Below, in pieces: positions 1 to 9,556 of a stretch of DNA of 64,000 nt. Below the pieces are notes generated by a model. It was not told the DNA's origin. It did no database searches and saw only the letters and a list, made by a program, of their open reading frames with translations. The position numbers and the translations under genes are program-made. How positions within the stretch are numbered: position 1 is the first letter of the stretch; each line of letters opens with the position of its first letter. The stretch is from contig CAYWFK010000004.1 of assembly GCA_964457375.1 (NCBI GenBank), positions 8,499 to 72,498 of the forward strand. The letters run 5' to 3'. Source of the DNA: an uncultured Anaerolineales bacterium. GTDB taxonomy: Bacteria; Chloroflexota; Anaerolineae; Anaerolineales; UBA11858.

Positions 1-269
1 TACCTCCTTGTTTTTTAATGCAGGAAATTAATATTTACCGCCCCCATCGAACGGTACACAAAATATAGAATATTTGTTCTTTCTACACAAGGGGGATTAT
101 CGGGGGAAACAGCGGTGCATCAACAGAACCGCCCTGAAAACACAGCCGCCTGCCGCCAATGGCACATCCGGCAAACGGTATGCATCGATACACGCGCACA
201 CGCAAACGCGCGCCCTTGTCCAAAGGCGCCGCCAGTCTTTATTCGTTTTATCGCAATCCCGTCAGGATA

Positions 270-839
270 TCAGTCTTTTTTCCCCAGCCACTCGTCGCGC
301 GTTATCCGGTAAACATATCCGGAATCGGTCAATCGGTTCTCGGGTAAAACAGCTGGTTTCTTCTTCCAGTCAGGCGTACCGTTCTCTTTGTCATCGCCAG
401 CGCCGTCCTGAAAAACATCCAAACTTCCTGCATTCGCCATAATTTCCACGATCCGGAAATCGTAACTGCTGAACAAAACTGTCAGCAAAGCTTCTTTGAT
501 TTCGTTTTCGTAAAGGTGCCCCCAAAAAGCAGGAAACAAGGAAATGCCAATCCGGGCAACGCCCTGTTTTGATGCCTTCCCGACGTAACAGGCGCCGATA
601 CTGGTTCCGGAAATGATTAATTCCACAACAAACCAGTTTCCGATGACTACATCGTCTCCCCGTTCAAGGATTTTCTCCAGAGCTTGTTCTTTGCTGATTT
701 TCTTCTCCCCATTTTTCAATGCGGGCAACATCAACCTCGGATCAGTCCACAGAGCGTGGAACATAGATACATCTTTCTTTATCGCATGCCTGAGGTACAG
801 CCTTTCGGTTTCCACGATGGAGACCTGATCGTCAACCAT
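270..839 (-). CDS. GNAT family N-acetyltransferase (RimJ/RimL-like)
   Basis: 189-aa ORF with an ATG preceded by AAGGAG. The N-terminal TERLYLRH..D..F segment and overall layout are typical of RimJ/RimL-type GNATs. Confidence 0.75.
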   Translation of the reverse strand: MVDDQVSIVETERLYLRHAIKKDVSMFHALWTDPRLMLPALKNGEKKISKEQALEKILERGDDVVIGNWFVVELIISGTSIGACYVGKASKQGVARIGISLFPAFWGHLYENEIKEALLTVLFSSYDFRIVEIMANAGSLDVFQDGAGDDKENGTPDWKKKPAVLPENRLTDSGYVYRITRDEWLGKKD

Positions 840-1067
840 CTTTTACTCCTTATGCATCTGTCAATTAGCAGTTTTCACTGCCGAGACGATAACAGTATAG
901 AAGAATGCCTATCATTCGTCAAGCAAAATCACAAACTCCGCTCTTAAAAAAATCGGCTGAAACCCGTCTCTTTTCCGGCATACACCGAACCTGAGAAGTG
1001 TCCGGTCGTTTCTCCCGTTTTTCCATTTGTTCTTCCGGACAAGAAAAGATACAATAAACAAAGAGAC

Positions 1068-1358
1068 ATGAACAAGACAATCGCGAAAAACGCTCACGTG
1101 GCAAACATCAGCCGAACAGCGCAGTTGGTCAAACAGGCGGAGTTACTCATTCCGCGTCTCGAAAAGTTGCTACCGGATTCGCGCTGGCAGCATCGCGTCA
1201 GCGGAAGCCGCGGCGCACTGCTCCGCCTGACGGCTGCCTACTCCGCAAACCCAAAGCAGGTTCTCTCGCAAGAAGAAGCCGCTTTGCTCGCCCGGGCTGT
1301 CGAGCACGCCTACCATATTCTCGAAACTGCTGCCCTTCAAATCGAAGGAGAAGAATAA
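1068..1358 (+). CDS. hypothetical small helical protein
   Basis: 96-aa ORF with only a weak SD and no recognisable family. It lies in an otherwise empty 770-bp gap. Confidence 0.35.
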   Translation: MNKTIAKNAHVANISRTAQLVKQAELLIPRLEKLLPDSRWQHRVSGSRGALLRLTAAYSANPKQVLSQEEAALLARAVEHAYHILETAALQIEGEE

Positions 1359-1553
1359 TCCTGCATGAACCGCGCTGCCCGGAACCCCGCTTCAACCCGA
1401 TTCCTATTGACGTACTATCTGATTACGCTGCACAGTCTGCTGCCCTAATTTCTCATCCCTTTTGGGGCTGTCTTTGCTCTGTTGCAAACAACCGGGCCTG
1501 GATCTCAACCGGCAAACCGGCACGCTCACCTCCGCCAGCTAACCCTCTATCGA

Positions 1554-1580
1554 AAAGAACCCCGCCGAGCGGGGTTCTTT
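1554..1580. terminator. bidirectional rho-independent terminator hairpin
   Basis: AAAGAACCCCGC-cga-GCGGGGTTCTTT is a 9-bp GC-rich stem flanked by an A-run and a T-run. It sits 29 nt downstream of the minus-strand lipoprotein gene and also downstream of 1068..1358. Confidence 0.65.
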
Positions 1581-1608
1581 GACTTACGCAGGATTACCAG
1601 CTTTCCGT

Positions 1609-2304
1609 TTATTTTCCACCGGAAGCGAATAATTCAAGCTTGTCGTAAACTTTCTTTGCCGCATCCAGAACATAGTCCGGGGAAACATCGACATCCAGAC
1701 CTCTGCCCATCACCCACACCATGACGTTGCGGTATCGAAAAGCAACTTCATAGCGCAAGGTGGTCAGGTTGGAAGCAGCGTTATGTTTCGATGAATGATA
1801 CATGATACATTCATCACCGATATTGCAATCATCGAAAGTTGGCAGTTCCTCATCCGTTTGATAAATCTTGTACCAGTCCTTGCTGATTGCTTTCTTGGCG
1901 CCTTCACTATCCTCGAAGATCTCGATCGTGCTTTCCAAATAGGAAGGAGCAATATCTTCTTTGTTGGCACGGGTCATTTTGATTTGCCAGCCATCGACGC
2001 GCTTACTGGCGACAATGTACTTCTTGCCCAACAATTCTCCTCGTTCATTGATCATAGCCAAATTAGCGTATCTGCCCTCACCACCTGACGGGATGAGATA
2101 ATCATTGGGCAAATCGTCCGGTCTCAAAACCAGATCGCTCATAGCAGTTTGCAAATCTTCCGGTTTGAGATCAGAGCCTGAGAAACCATTGGCGATTTTC
2201 TTGGTAACGATTCCTGAAATGTTCGGCAACGTCGCACATGCTGACAAAATGGCAGCCGAAACTACCAAAACAGCGAGGACGAGAATGAACTTGTTCTTGG
2301 TCAT
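1609..2304 (-). CDS. lipoprotein, function unknown
   Basis: N-terminus MTKNKFILVLAVLVVSAAILSAC is a signal peptide with lipobox L-S-A-C. A terminator follows the gene. Confidence 0.7.
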   Translation of the reverse strand: MTKNKFILVLAVLVVSAAILSACATLPNISGIVTKKIANGFSGSDLKPEDLQTAMSDLVLRPDDLPNDYLIPSGGEGRYANLAMINERGELLGKKYIVASKRVDGWQIKMTRANKEDIAPSYLESTIEIFEDSEGAKKAISKDWYKIYQTDEELPTFDDCNIGDECIMYHSSKHNAASNLTTLRYEVAFRYRNVMVWVMGRGLDVDVSPDYVLDAAKKVYDKLELFASGGK

Positions 2305-2628
2305 CTTTCCACCTCCACGGTTGTAAAACTAATGAGTAGAACGATTTTCGTCTTTTATCCTAACCCACATCCAAACCCCGCCAAATAGGTAAAAAGTCCC
2401 ATCACACACACCGGCACTTCCATTGCCCCCAAAACTCGCCCAATCACAGGTATAATCCTAACAGGAAGACGCCGTTCCCTTGCAGTAAAATAATCACAAC
2501 CGACGTCCGGCAATGAAACCAAACACAGCCCGCGCCCCCCTTCTTGCTCAACCATCGAAAACATTCCTCAGCTGTGCACCTGCAAAACGCCAGCGGACAA
2601 CGAAAATGCACTCCAAGCCCGGAAAATC

Positions 2629-3201
2629 ATGCAAAAACTGCGAAAAACCGATTTGTACTGGCTCCTGGCTTACCCGCTCTACCAGCTGGTTGGCACCCTG
2701 AGGCACGAGTCCGGCCACGCTATCGCCGCACGGTTAGCCGGCGCGCGTATCATCGATTTCGTCTGGTTCCCGACATGGCTGCCCGACAGAGGATTTACCT
2801 GGGGGTACGTCCGCTGGACTGGCCATACCGGATGGCTGGTACTTGCAGCCCCCTACATTGCCGACCTGATTACCTTCCTTCTTTTTTACTACATCTGTAC
2901 ACACGTGCGTTTCCGCAGCCACTGGGTATGGGTGAACTTCGTCATTTTCGGGATGTTTTCTCCGCTGGCGAATTCACTTTACGCTTACCTGCGCGCAGGC
3001 AACCCGTACAGTGACGTCGGCAGGCTGATGAAACTCCTGCCGCAACCGGCGTTACACAGTTATTTTATCCTTACGCTTCTCCTGTATATCCTCGGTTTGG
3101 GAAGCCTCCTTCCCTTCAAGCGCCGCAAAACCATTCCGCAGCAACCCGCCCGGGATCAAACAAGGAGCCGCACCTCACACCATCGAACACCCGAAGCGTA
3201 A
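2629..3201 (+). CDS. polytopic membrane protein with HExxH (M50B-like/DUF3267-like putative zinc peptidase)
   Basis: RHESGHAIAARLAG motif lies near the N-terminus and is followed by several hydrophobic helices. The layout resembles M50B-like membrane metallopeptidases. Confidence 0.55.
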   Translation: MQKLRKTDLYWLLAYPLYQLVGTLRHESGHAIAARLAGARIIDFVWFPTWLPDRGFTWGYVRWTGHTGWLVLAAPYIADLITFLLFYYICTHVRFRSHWVWVNFVIFGMFSPLANSLYAYLRAGNPYSDVGRLMKLLPQPALHSYFILTLLLYILGLGSLLPFKRRKTIPQQPARDQTRSRTSHHRTPEA

Positions 3202-3245
3202 CATTCACCGCCCGCTTCCGGCAGCCCTGGCAGCAGCATGCCTTT

Positions 3246-3488
3246 TCAGGCAATCGACTCTTGCAGCAACTTCGCCAGTTTCGGTATGCCAGGATGTCCA
3301 ACTGCGATAACTTTGTCATCGACCATCAACGCCGGCGTTCTCATCACGCCATACCCCATGATTTTCTCGATGTCGGTAACATACTCAACATCTGCCGTCG
3401 TGTGGTTTTGCTTCACATACGCCTGCACATCCGAATAGAGACGCTTGCACGTCGGGCATCCGGTTCCCAATACTCTTATCGTTGTCAT
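3246..3488 (-). CDS. thioredoxin-fold protein (redox-active disulfide protein 2 type)
   Basis: 80 aa with VLGTGCPTCKRL (CxxC) at the N-terminus and MRTPALMVDDK later. It starts 18 nt downstream of the permease gene, behind an AAAGGA SD. Confidence 0.8.
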   Translation of the reverse strand: MTTIRVLGTGCPTCKRLYSDVQAYVKQNHTTADVEYVTDIEKIMGYGVMRTPALMVDDKVIAVGHPGIPKLAKLLQESIA

Positions 3489-3506
3489 AAACTTTTCCTT
3501 TTCTCA

Positions 3507-4565
3507 TTACAATACAAGATTGAATAAATACCCTGTCGTAATCATTGCAAATACCAGAATTACGATGAAAATGCCGATCAATTTCGGTTTGAGCACACGG
3601 CGCAAAATAATCATTTCCGGCAGGCTCAACCCGACCACGGACATCATAAACGCCAGCACCGTTCCCAATGCAGCCCCTTTCTCCATCAACGCATGCACGA
3701 CCGGAATGATTCCCGCCGCATTGGAATAAAGCGGTACCCCCAGCAACACACCGGCAGGCACCGACCACCACGCGTTCTTCCCCAAAATCTGCGCCAAAGC
3801 ATCTTCCGGAACATATCCATGAATGCCGGCACCGATTGCAATCCCGACAATTACATACAGCCAGACTTTCCCCACAATCTCTTGCGTGCTGTCCCATGCC
3901 GTGCGAAAACGTTCCTCCCAAGTGAGTTTCCCTTTATCGGTTTCCGCATGCCCCACCTTGATTTGCCAGACAAAGTCTTCGACATACCGCTCCAGATTCA
4001 ACCGCCCGATGATGATGCCCGAAACAATCGCAATCACCAGCCCCGTGCCCAGATACAACCCGGCGACTTTCCACCCGAACAATCCGAAAAGCATCACCAA
4101 CGCCACCTCGTTCACCACCGGAGTCGCCGTCAGAAACGAAAATGTTACCCCAAGGGGAATGCCCGACTCGACGAACCCGATAAAAAGCGGCACTGCCGAA
4201 CAGGAACAAAACGGTGTAACCACGCCCAGAAGCGCAGCCAACGCATTACCAATCCCTTCTCGCTTGCCGCCCAGCCATGCACGCGTTTGCTCAGGAGTGA
4301 AAAATGACCGAACGACGGTTATCAGAAAAATCATACCGCCCAGCAAGAGAAGAATTTTCGGCACGTCATAAAAAAAGAATGCCAATGCGTCTCCTATATG
4401 AGAACCTTCGGATTGCCCCAGAAGTCCGTAAACAAACCAGCGGGTAACAGGTTGAAGCGTCCGGTAGACAACAACCCACAACACCGCAATGCCTCCGACA
4501 AGCAAGAAAATTCGTTTGTCCGTGTTCCGCTTGAAAACCCCTGTACTACTGTTACCGCTTTCCAT
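3507..4565 (-). CDS. permease, DUF318/ArsP-like (UPF0718)
   Basis: 352 aa and multi-TM. The TPFCSCSAVPLFIGF motif is characteristic of DUF318/ArsP-type permeases, which are commonly paired with the small thioredoxin-like gene. Confidence 0.8.
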   Translation of the reverse strand: MESGNSSTGVFKRNTDKRIFLLVGGIAVLWVVVYRTLQPVTRWFVYGLLGQSEGSHIGDALAFFFYDVPKILLLLGGMIFLITVVRSFFTPEQTRAWLGGKREGIGNALAALLGVVTPFCSCSAVPLFIGFVESGIPLGVTFSFLTATPVVNEVALVMLFGLFGWKVAGLYLGTGLVIAIVSGIIIGRLNLERYVEDFVWQIKVGHAETDKGKLTWEERFRTAWDSTQEIVGKVWLYVIVGIAIGAGIHGYVPEDALAQILGKNAWWSVPAGVLLGVPLYSNAAGIIPVVHALMEKGAALGTVLAFMMSVVGLSLPEMIILRRVLKPKLIGIFIVILVFAMITTGYLFNLVL

Positions 4566-4649
4566 AGCACCGCCTTCATATTCGTAATCTTGAATATGAT
4601 TATATCCTCTTTATCACGACCAAACACAGACATATTGTCACCTTATCCT

Positions 4650-4665
4650 TGTGATATTCATCACA
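4650..4665. promoter_or_regulatory. perfect CRP/FNR-type palindrome TGTGA-N6-TCACA
   Basis: TGTGATATTCATCACA is read directly. It is centred about 92 nt upstream of the permease start (4565, minus strand) in a 303-bp divergent intergenic region. Confidence 0.4.
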
Positions 4666-4868
4666 GAATTTCAAGAAGCCAATACGGGCATAACACCCCG
4701 CCTGTATCCCCTCTCTTGTTATCACCAAGAGACAAAAATTAAATTATATCGACCCCGGGCAGGCGCTCCGGCGGCCAAACCGGATTGGGAATTGGCAAAA
4801 CCGGAAATCTAACCTAGAATAGAAAAAACAAGGCACGTCACACATATAAAAGGAACAAGGCATTCCGA

Positions 4869-5423
4869 ATGAAAGCATTTTCCAACTGGCTTTACCGGAT
4901 TTCTACCAACCGCAATACACTGATTACGCTAGTCATCTTCGTCCTGTTTGCTGCTCTCGCACTTCCCCGCATGCTCGATACTCCCTGGATCAAGGCTGCG
5001 GGTTTGCCGGATACAACGCTTGTCTACTCGGCACATGATCTTTACACCATGGCGGAAGCCTACGGAGAATCCGGGCGGGCAGCGTTCACGCCCTGGCACT
5101 TCACCTGGGATCTGGCGTTCCCCATAGTTTACACAGCGTTGCTTTTGATTGCCGGCAGCTGGCTCATTCGCCCGGTGTCAGCGACTGCTTCCCGATGGCG
5201 GTTTGTAAACACCTTGCCGCTCATCGGTTTTCTGCTGGATTTACTGGAAAACGGCGCGGCATCTTTCGTCATCACGCATTACCCCGCCCGCACGCCAATG
5301 GCAGCCATCGTACCGATCATCACTCTCGTAAAATGGTCATCGATCGGCATAACAATTGTCATCCTGCTCGCACTTGGTGTGCGCGGCATCAAACAACGCA
5401 AAGCGCATCCTTTGGCACGTTGA
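4869..5423 (+). CDS. hypothetical membrane protein
   Basis: 184 aa with several hydrophobic helices. No family recognised. Confidence 0.55.
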   Translation: MKAFSNWLYRISTNRNTLITLVIFVLFAALALPRMLDTPWIKAAGLPDTTLVYSAHDLYTMAEAYGESGRAAFTPWHFTWDLAFPIVYTALLLIAGSWLIRPVSATASRWRFVNTLPLIGFLLDLLENGAASFVITHYPARTPMAAIVPIITLVKWSSIGITIVILLALGVRGIKQRKAHPLAR

Positions 5424-5525
5424 CGCCACACACCTGGATACCGTTGTAAACCCGCTGCCATCATCCGCACCGGTCTCATCCGTTGCTCTTCGGTTCGGGG
5501 AACCGCTTGCCATAGAGAATAACTG

Positions 5526-5975
5526 ATGAAAAAACAGCCATCCAACCGTCTCACCGCCGGAGAAACCATCGCTTTGTGGATGCTTGGTATCCTTGGCGCA
5601 TCCGTGCTGGCTGCCATCCTGTGGTCGTTTTTCACCGACACCTTGCAGCCATTACTCCACCGCGGCGCAAATTGGCAAGCAGCGTCCAACATCCTTGGGT
5701 TCGGGCTGATATTAACGGGGTTGGGCTTTCTCATCTTCGGCGGGCTTTCGTTTTTAGCCGGCTCATACCAGACCCTGCAATCTCCGCTGCTTCGGAAAAA
5801 CCGCGAACAAATCCGCGCTAACACATCACCGGAATCTGTCCGACAAGCCCGACACGAAAACATGCGCCTGCTCTGGCGCACCTGGAAAAGCGCATTACGT
5901 TGGATTGGTCTGGGTATCTTGTTGATTGCCCTTGGGGCACCCTTCACATGGAACCCGCCCTTTGGGTTGAATTGA
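5526..5975 (+). CDS. hypothetical membrane protein
   Basis: 149 aa with 4 predicted TM segments. No family recognised. Confidence 0.55.
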   Translation: MKKQPSNRLTAGETIALWMLGILGASVLAAILWSFFTDTLQPLLHRGANWQAASNILGFGLILTGLGFLIFGGLSFLAGSYQTLQSPLLRKNREQIRANTSPESVRQARHENMRLLWRTWKSALRWIGLGILLIALGAPFTWNPPFGLN

Positions 5976-6144
5976 ATTAAAATGAAACGCCGTCTGGCTT
6001 TCACAGCAACCGGCCGCCGCCAGAATCCTCCCGAATGTTACTCTCCCCCGGAACGCCCCCTCCTTTCGTGAGAATACGCCTTTCCATACCCCCGAAACGT
6101 TTGCCTGGCTTCGCTGTGGTTTTCCCCGATCAAACCATTACCAT

Positions 6145-6471
6145 TCAATACTTCAAATCTTCCCGCACAGGGTGGAAGACATCCAACAAACGCGCCGGGG
6201 TATCCCCGACCCGCACCCCGTGAGGCACATTCCCCGGAACAACGTAAACATCACCGGCTTTGAGAAGATGTTCTTCGCCATCCAAAATAAAAACCACTTC
6301 TCCCGAAACCACCATCCCGACCTGCTCATGAGGATGCCGGTGCACCGCCATCGCACTGTGCGCATCCAAATCAACAATGGCAAGAAGCATATCTTTCCCC
6401 CAGAATGTTCGCCCGGCAATCCCATCCTGAAGCATTTTCACATCCCGGTTTTCGATATTGTAAATTGGCAT
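6145..6471 (-). CDS. cupin domain protein
   Basis: 108 aa with HRHPHEQVGMVVSGE ... GDVYVVPGNVPHG, a two-motif cupin signature. GAGGAG SD. Confidence 0.8.
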   Translation of the reverse strand: MPIYNIENRDVKMLQDGIAGRTFWGKDMLLAIVDLDAHSAMAVHRHPHEQVGMVVSGEVVFILDGEEHLLKAGDVYVVPGNVPHGVRVGDTPARLLDVFHPVREDLKY

Positions 6472-6525
6472 GGGTTTCTCCTCATCAGGCAGGGATTTGC
6501 TTCCAACCCGCCCGTCTCCAAATAT

Positions 6526-7626
6526 TTATGGTTTTGCCTTTTCATAAACCCGCTGAAATTCATTTAGGAACAGAAGAGCCACTTGACGGCTGTGGATGAT
6601 CAACACATTTTCATCATTACGTTTCTCTGCACTCTTGCTGAAATTATACGATCCCGTAATCACAACCGAACTATCGACAATCATCGTCTTGTGATGCATA
6701 TTATTACGATTACCGTCCAGGCGTACATCCAGCCCTGCTTTCACGAAGCGGTCGTAATCCGAACCGATATTGGAATAATACTGGCTTTCTTCCAGCACAC
6801 CGGAAACCGCCACGCCCTTGTTGGACAAATCGAGAATATCATTGGCAAGCGGGTTGGAAGTAAATGAAAACGCCATGAAAGAAAACATATTCCTGGCAGT
6901 ATTAATCACCTTCCCAATCCGTTTGGCAACGCCGTCATCCGGAGAAAACAAGGTTTCCACCTCGACGCCATCGATCACCAAAGACGGGTAAGGCGTGTTT
7001 CGTTCGACATGATCGCCAAAATGATCGTCCGTGAACATTTCCTCGAACTCGGTGGTGTAATTTTCTGCCAGTCGTCTTGAACGAATCCGCATAAGCACAT
7101 TATCATTGCGATAAGCGCCCGTTGTCGTGAAATTCATCGAGCCTGTCCACACTTCAGAACCGTCGATGACGACAAACTTGTTGTGCATCAAACTTTCACG
7201 GCGGTCGCCCAAAACAGGGATTCCCGCATCGATCAAATCCTGCATTTCCGCTTCGTCGATATTGTCCGACTCGGTCACAACCCGCACGGTTACGCCGCGG
7301 CGATGAGCACACAGCAACGCATCGCGAATACTCCACAAGTTCAGACGATGGATAGCAACATCGACCCGCAGTCGTGCCTGCTGAATTGCCAAAGCCAGCG
7401 CTTCATCCGGTCCGCCGCGGTAAGAGCCGGCATGCGGGCTATCAGGGTCCGTAAAATACACCGTAATCCAGTCCGGCATTTTACCGGCAACAATGCCGGT
7501 TTCCCATCCATCATCCGCAGTCGACAGCGGTTTGCCCGCCTGTGATTGTTGCAGCAGCGGAATGCACGCAGCCAGAACCAACAGAAAGAATACACTTGTC
7601 AAAAAAAGAAGAAATCGTTTTCGCAT
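6526..7626 (-). CDS. secreted phospholipase D / HKD-family phosphodiesterase
   Basis: Two HKD motifs (HNKFVVIDGSEVWTGSMNFT and HHKTMIVDSSVVITGSYNFS). N-terminal signal peptide with LVLAAC lipobox. Confidence 0.85.
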   Translation of the reverse strand: MRKRFLLFLTSVFFLLVLAACIPLLQQSQAGKPLSTADDGWETGIVAGKMPDWITVYFTDPDSPHAGSYRGGPDEALALAIQQARLRVDVAIHRLNLWSIRDALLCAHRRGVTVRVVTESDNIDEAEMQDLIDAGIPVLGDRRESLMHNKFVVIDGSEVWTGSMNFTTTGAYRNDNVLMRIRSRRLAENYTTEFEEMFTDDHFGDHVERNTPYPSLVIDGVEVETLFSPDDGVAKRIGKVINTARNMFSFMAFSFTSNPLANDILDLSNKGVAVSGVLEESQYYSNIGSDYDRFVKAGLDVRLDGNRNNMHHKTMIVDSSVVITGSYNFSKSAEKRNDENVLIIHSRQVALLFLNEFQRVYEKAKP

Positions 7627-7830
7627 TATTTTTCCTGAGTTAAATTTTCCTTACCCTCCGGAGCGAATGATTGGTATTCATCTCCGGTATTGTCACCCGT
7701 TAATTATAGCATTGAAGCATAATCGGCAATCAAACATCCCCGCCCGCCAACAAAAAGCCACACTCATGGTACACTTACCCGCTGAAACAACCCACATCCA
7801 ATCACTCGCAAAACGACAACAGGAAAAGCA

Positions 7831-8385
7831 ATGACACACCTTTTCGTCATCCGCCATGGAGAAACCGATTTCAACGCCGAAGGACGCCTTCAGGGAAGCA
7901 TCGACACAGACTTGAACGACAAAGGAATTGCCCAGGCAAGGCAGGCAGCAGACAATCTGCTTGGGATGGGGATTGAGGCGATTGTTTCTTCACCCCTGAA
8001 ACGCGCCAGTCAAACCGCTGCAATCATCGCCGAAAAACTGCAGTTAGAGGTTCTTTATCTGCCTCAGTTCGTCGAACGCTGTCTCGGTTTTTTCGAGGGG
8101 ATGACGTATACAGAAATCGGGAAGAATTACAAGACGGAACTGGAAACATGGACGCGGCAATATTTTTCCGCACCCCCTGGCGGCGAATCAATTTTCGAAG
8201 TCAGCCTGCGCGTCCACAACGGGTTGGAGCGTATCCATAGCCTTTACCCGGAAAAAACCGTGCTTCTTGTTACTCATGGCTATGTCGGAAGAATCATTCA
8301 CGGCATCCAAAACAAACTGACAGACAAAGCGTTTTACGAATTCTTGCCAGCCAACGGAGAGATTGCAGAATACATTTTCGATTAG
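7831..8385 (+). CDS. histidine phosphatase family protein (phosphoglycerate mutase-like)
   Basis: LFVIRHGETDFN (RHG motif) at the N-terminus and VTHG later. Confidence 0.85.
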   Translation: MTHLFVIRHGETDFNAEGRLQGSIDTDLNDKGIAQARQAADNLLGMGIEAIVSSPLKRASQTAAIIAEKLQLEVLYLPQFVERCLGFFEGMTYTEIGKNYKTELETWTRQYFSAPPGGESIFEVSLRVHNGLERIHSLYPEKTVLLVTHGYVGRIIHGIQNKLTDKAFYEFLPANGEIAEYIFD

Positions 8386-8506
8386 GAAATACCGGTTTTC
8401 CCGCACCCTTTCCGGCTTTTATATCCGCGTTTTTTCGGGCGAATAATCCGGCCAGCCATGTTCATTTTCACCTGCAAGAGACTTCGCCACTCAATTCTCC
8501 CGCCAG

Positions 8507-8524
8507 CCGGATGAATTCATCCGG
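8507..8524. repeat. perfect 18-bp palindrome CCGGATGAATTCATCCGG
   Basis: Read directly. It lies about 100 nt upstream of the 8627 start codon. Function is unknown; it could be an operator or a hairpin. Confidence 0.6.
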
Positions 8525-8626
8525 ATTTCAATTGCACCGAACCGAAACATCAAGTATACTTGACAAAACAAACCGTCCTGCAACATTCTTTTTCATCAAC
8601 ACCCATCTATTCCAAGGAAAAAGCCC

Positions 8627-9448
8627 ATGTCCTTTGACGAACCCAGCCCCGAATTACTCCCCGTCAGCAATGAAACCAAATCACCGAAGCAAAACAAAAA
8701 CACCTGGATTTTCATCCTGATTGCGGCAATTGTCATCATTTGCCTTTGTCTCGTCGCACTGGCATTAGGATTCCAGGCGTATCGAATAGTCACCAGTGAA
8801 ACCAATACCCAAGATACGGGAACCGCTGAAGCCCAACAGGCGGAAAGCACATCCGGCGAAAGCATTCCCACCGATGAAATCGAAAGTTGGACATTGCTGG
8901 CAGACGAGCCGTATAACGAGAACGATTTGGACTGGGTAGAAGGAAATATCGATGATGAATATGTCAGCATGACATTGACCATCGACAACCATTATCTTTG
9001 GGAAGGCGTTACTCGCAAGGGTTTTGTCTGGCGTGCCTGGCCTGATTTGGATGACGTCAGTGATTTCTACCTAAGCGTCGACACACAAAACACGGGCACC
9101 AACAAAGATGCTTATTACGGTCTGGTTTTTCGCCAAACAGAAGATGATCAATACTACCTTTTCGATATTCGCGACAACGGCACCTATGAAATTTACAAAC
9201 ATCAACAAAACGAATGGATCGAACTGGTCTCTCTGACATCGACCGACACTATCAAGGCAGGAGAAACCAACAAGTTAAGTGTTATGGCTTGGGATGGCTG
9301 GTTCTCGTTCTACATCAACGGGATTCTCGTGCATCGTCTCGTCGAAGGCATTCCCCCCGAAGGGAAAGTTGGTGTTGCCGTCGGGGCAAGCAACGATGGT
9401 GATACATTCCGGATACTATTCGATAATTTCACCTTGCGGGTCCCGTAA
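8627..9448 (+). CDS. membrane-anchored protein with concanavalin-like (DUF1080/LamG-like) C-terminal domain
   Basis: N-terminal TM anchor (WIFILIAAIVIICLCLVALALGF). The C-terminal beta-rich region (YGLVFRQ..YYLFDI..G.YEIYK...FYINGILV) resembles DUF1080-type jelly-roll domains. Confidence 0.6.
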   Translation: MSFDEPSPELLPVSNETKSPKQNKNTWIFILIAAIVIICLCLVALALGFQAYRIVTSETNTQDTGTAEAQQAESTSGESIPTDEIESWTLLADEPYNENDLDWVEGNIDDEYVSMTLTIDNHYLWEGVTRKGFVWRAWPDLDDVSDFYLSVDTQNTGTNKDAYYGLVFRQTEDDQYYLFDIRDNGTYEIYKHQQNEWIELVSLTSTDTIKAGETNKLSVMAWDGWFSFYINGILVHRLVEGIPPEGKVGVAVGASNDGDTFRILFDNFTLRVP

Positions 9449-9556
9449 AAAGGAGACAATGCTCAGCCGGATCCTGCCCGAAGCTGTCTTTACTCCGGCA
9501 GAGCAGCACAATCGGGCTTCATCTCCATCCGGCAGAAACATATGGCAATCTCAGGA

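Noticed and set aside
1-9. TACCTCCTT at the window edge (reverse complement AAGGAGGTA) as the SD of a minus-strand gene starting left of the window
   Set aside because: This is plausible, but the gene itself lies outside the window, so nothing can be annotated.
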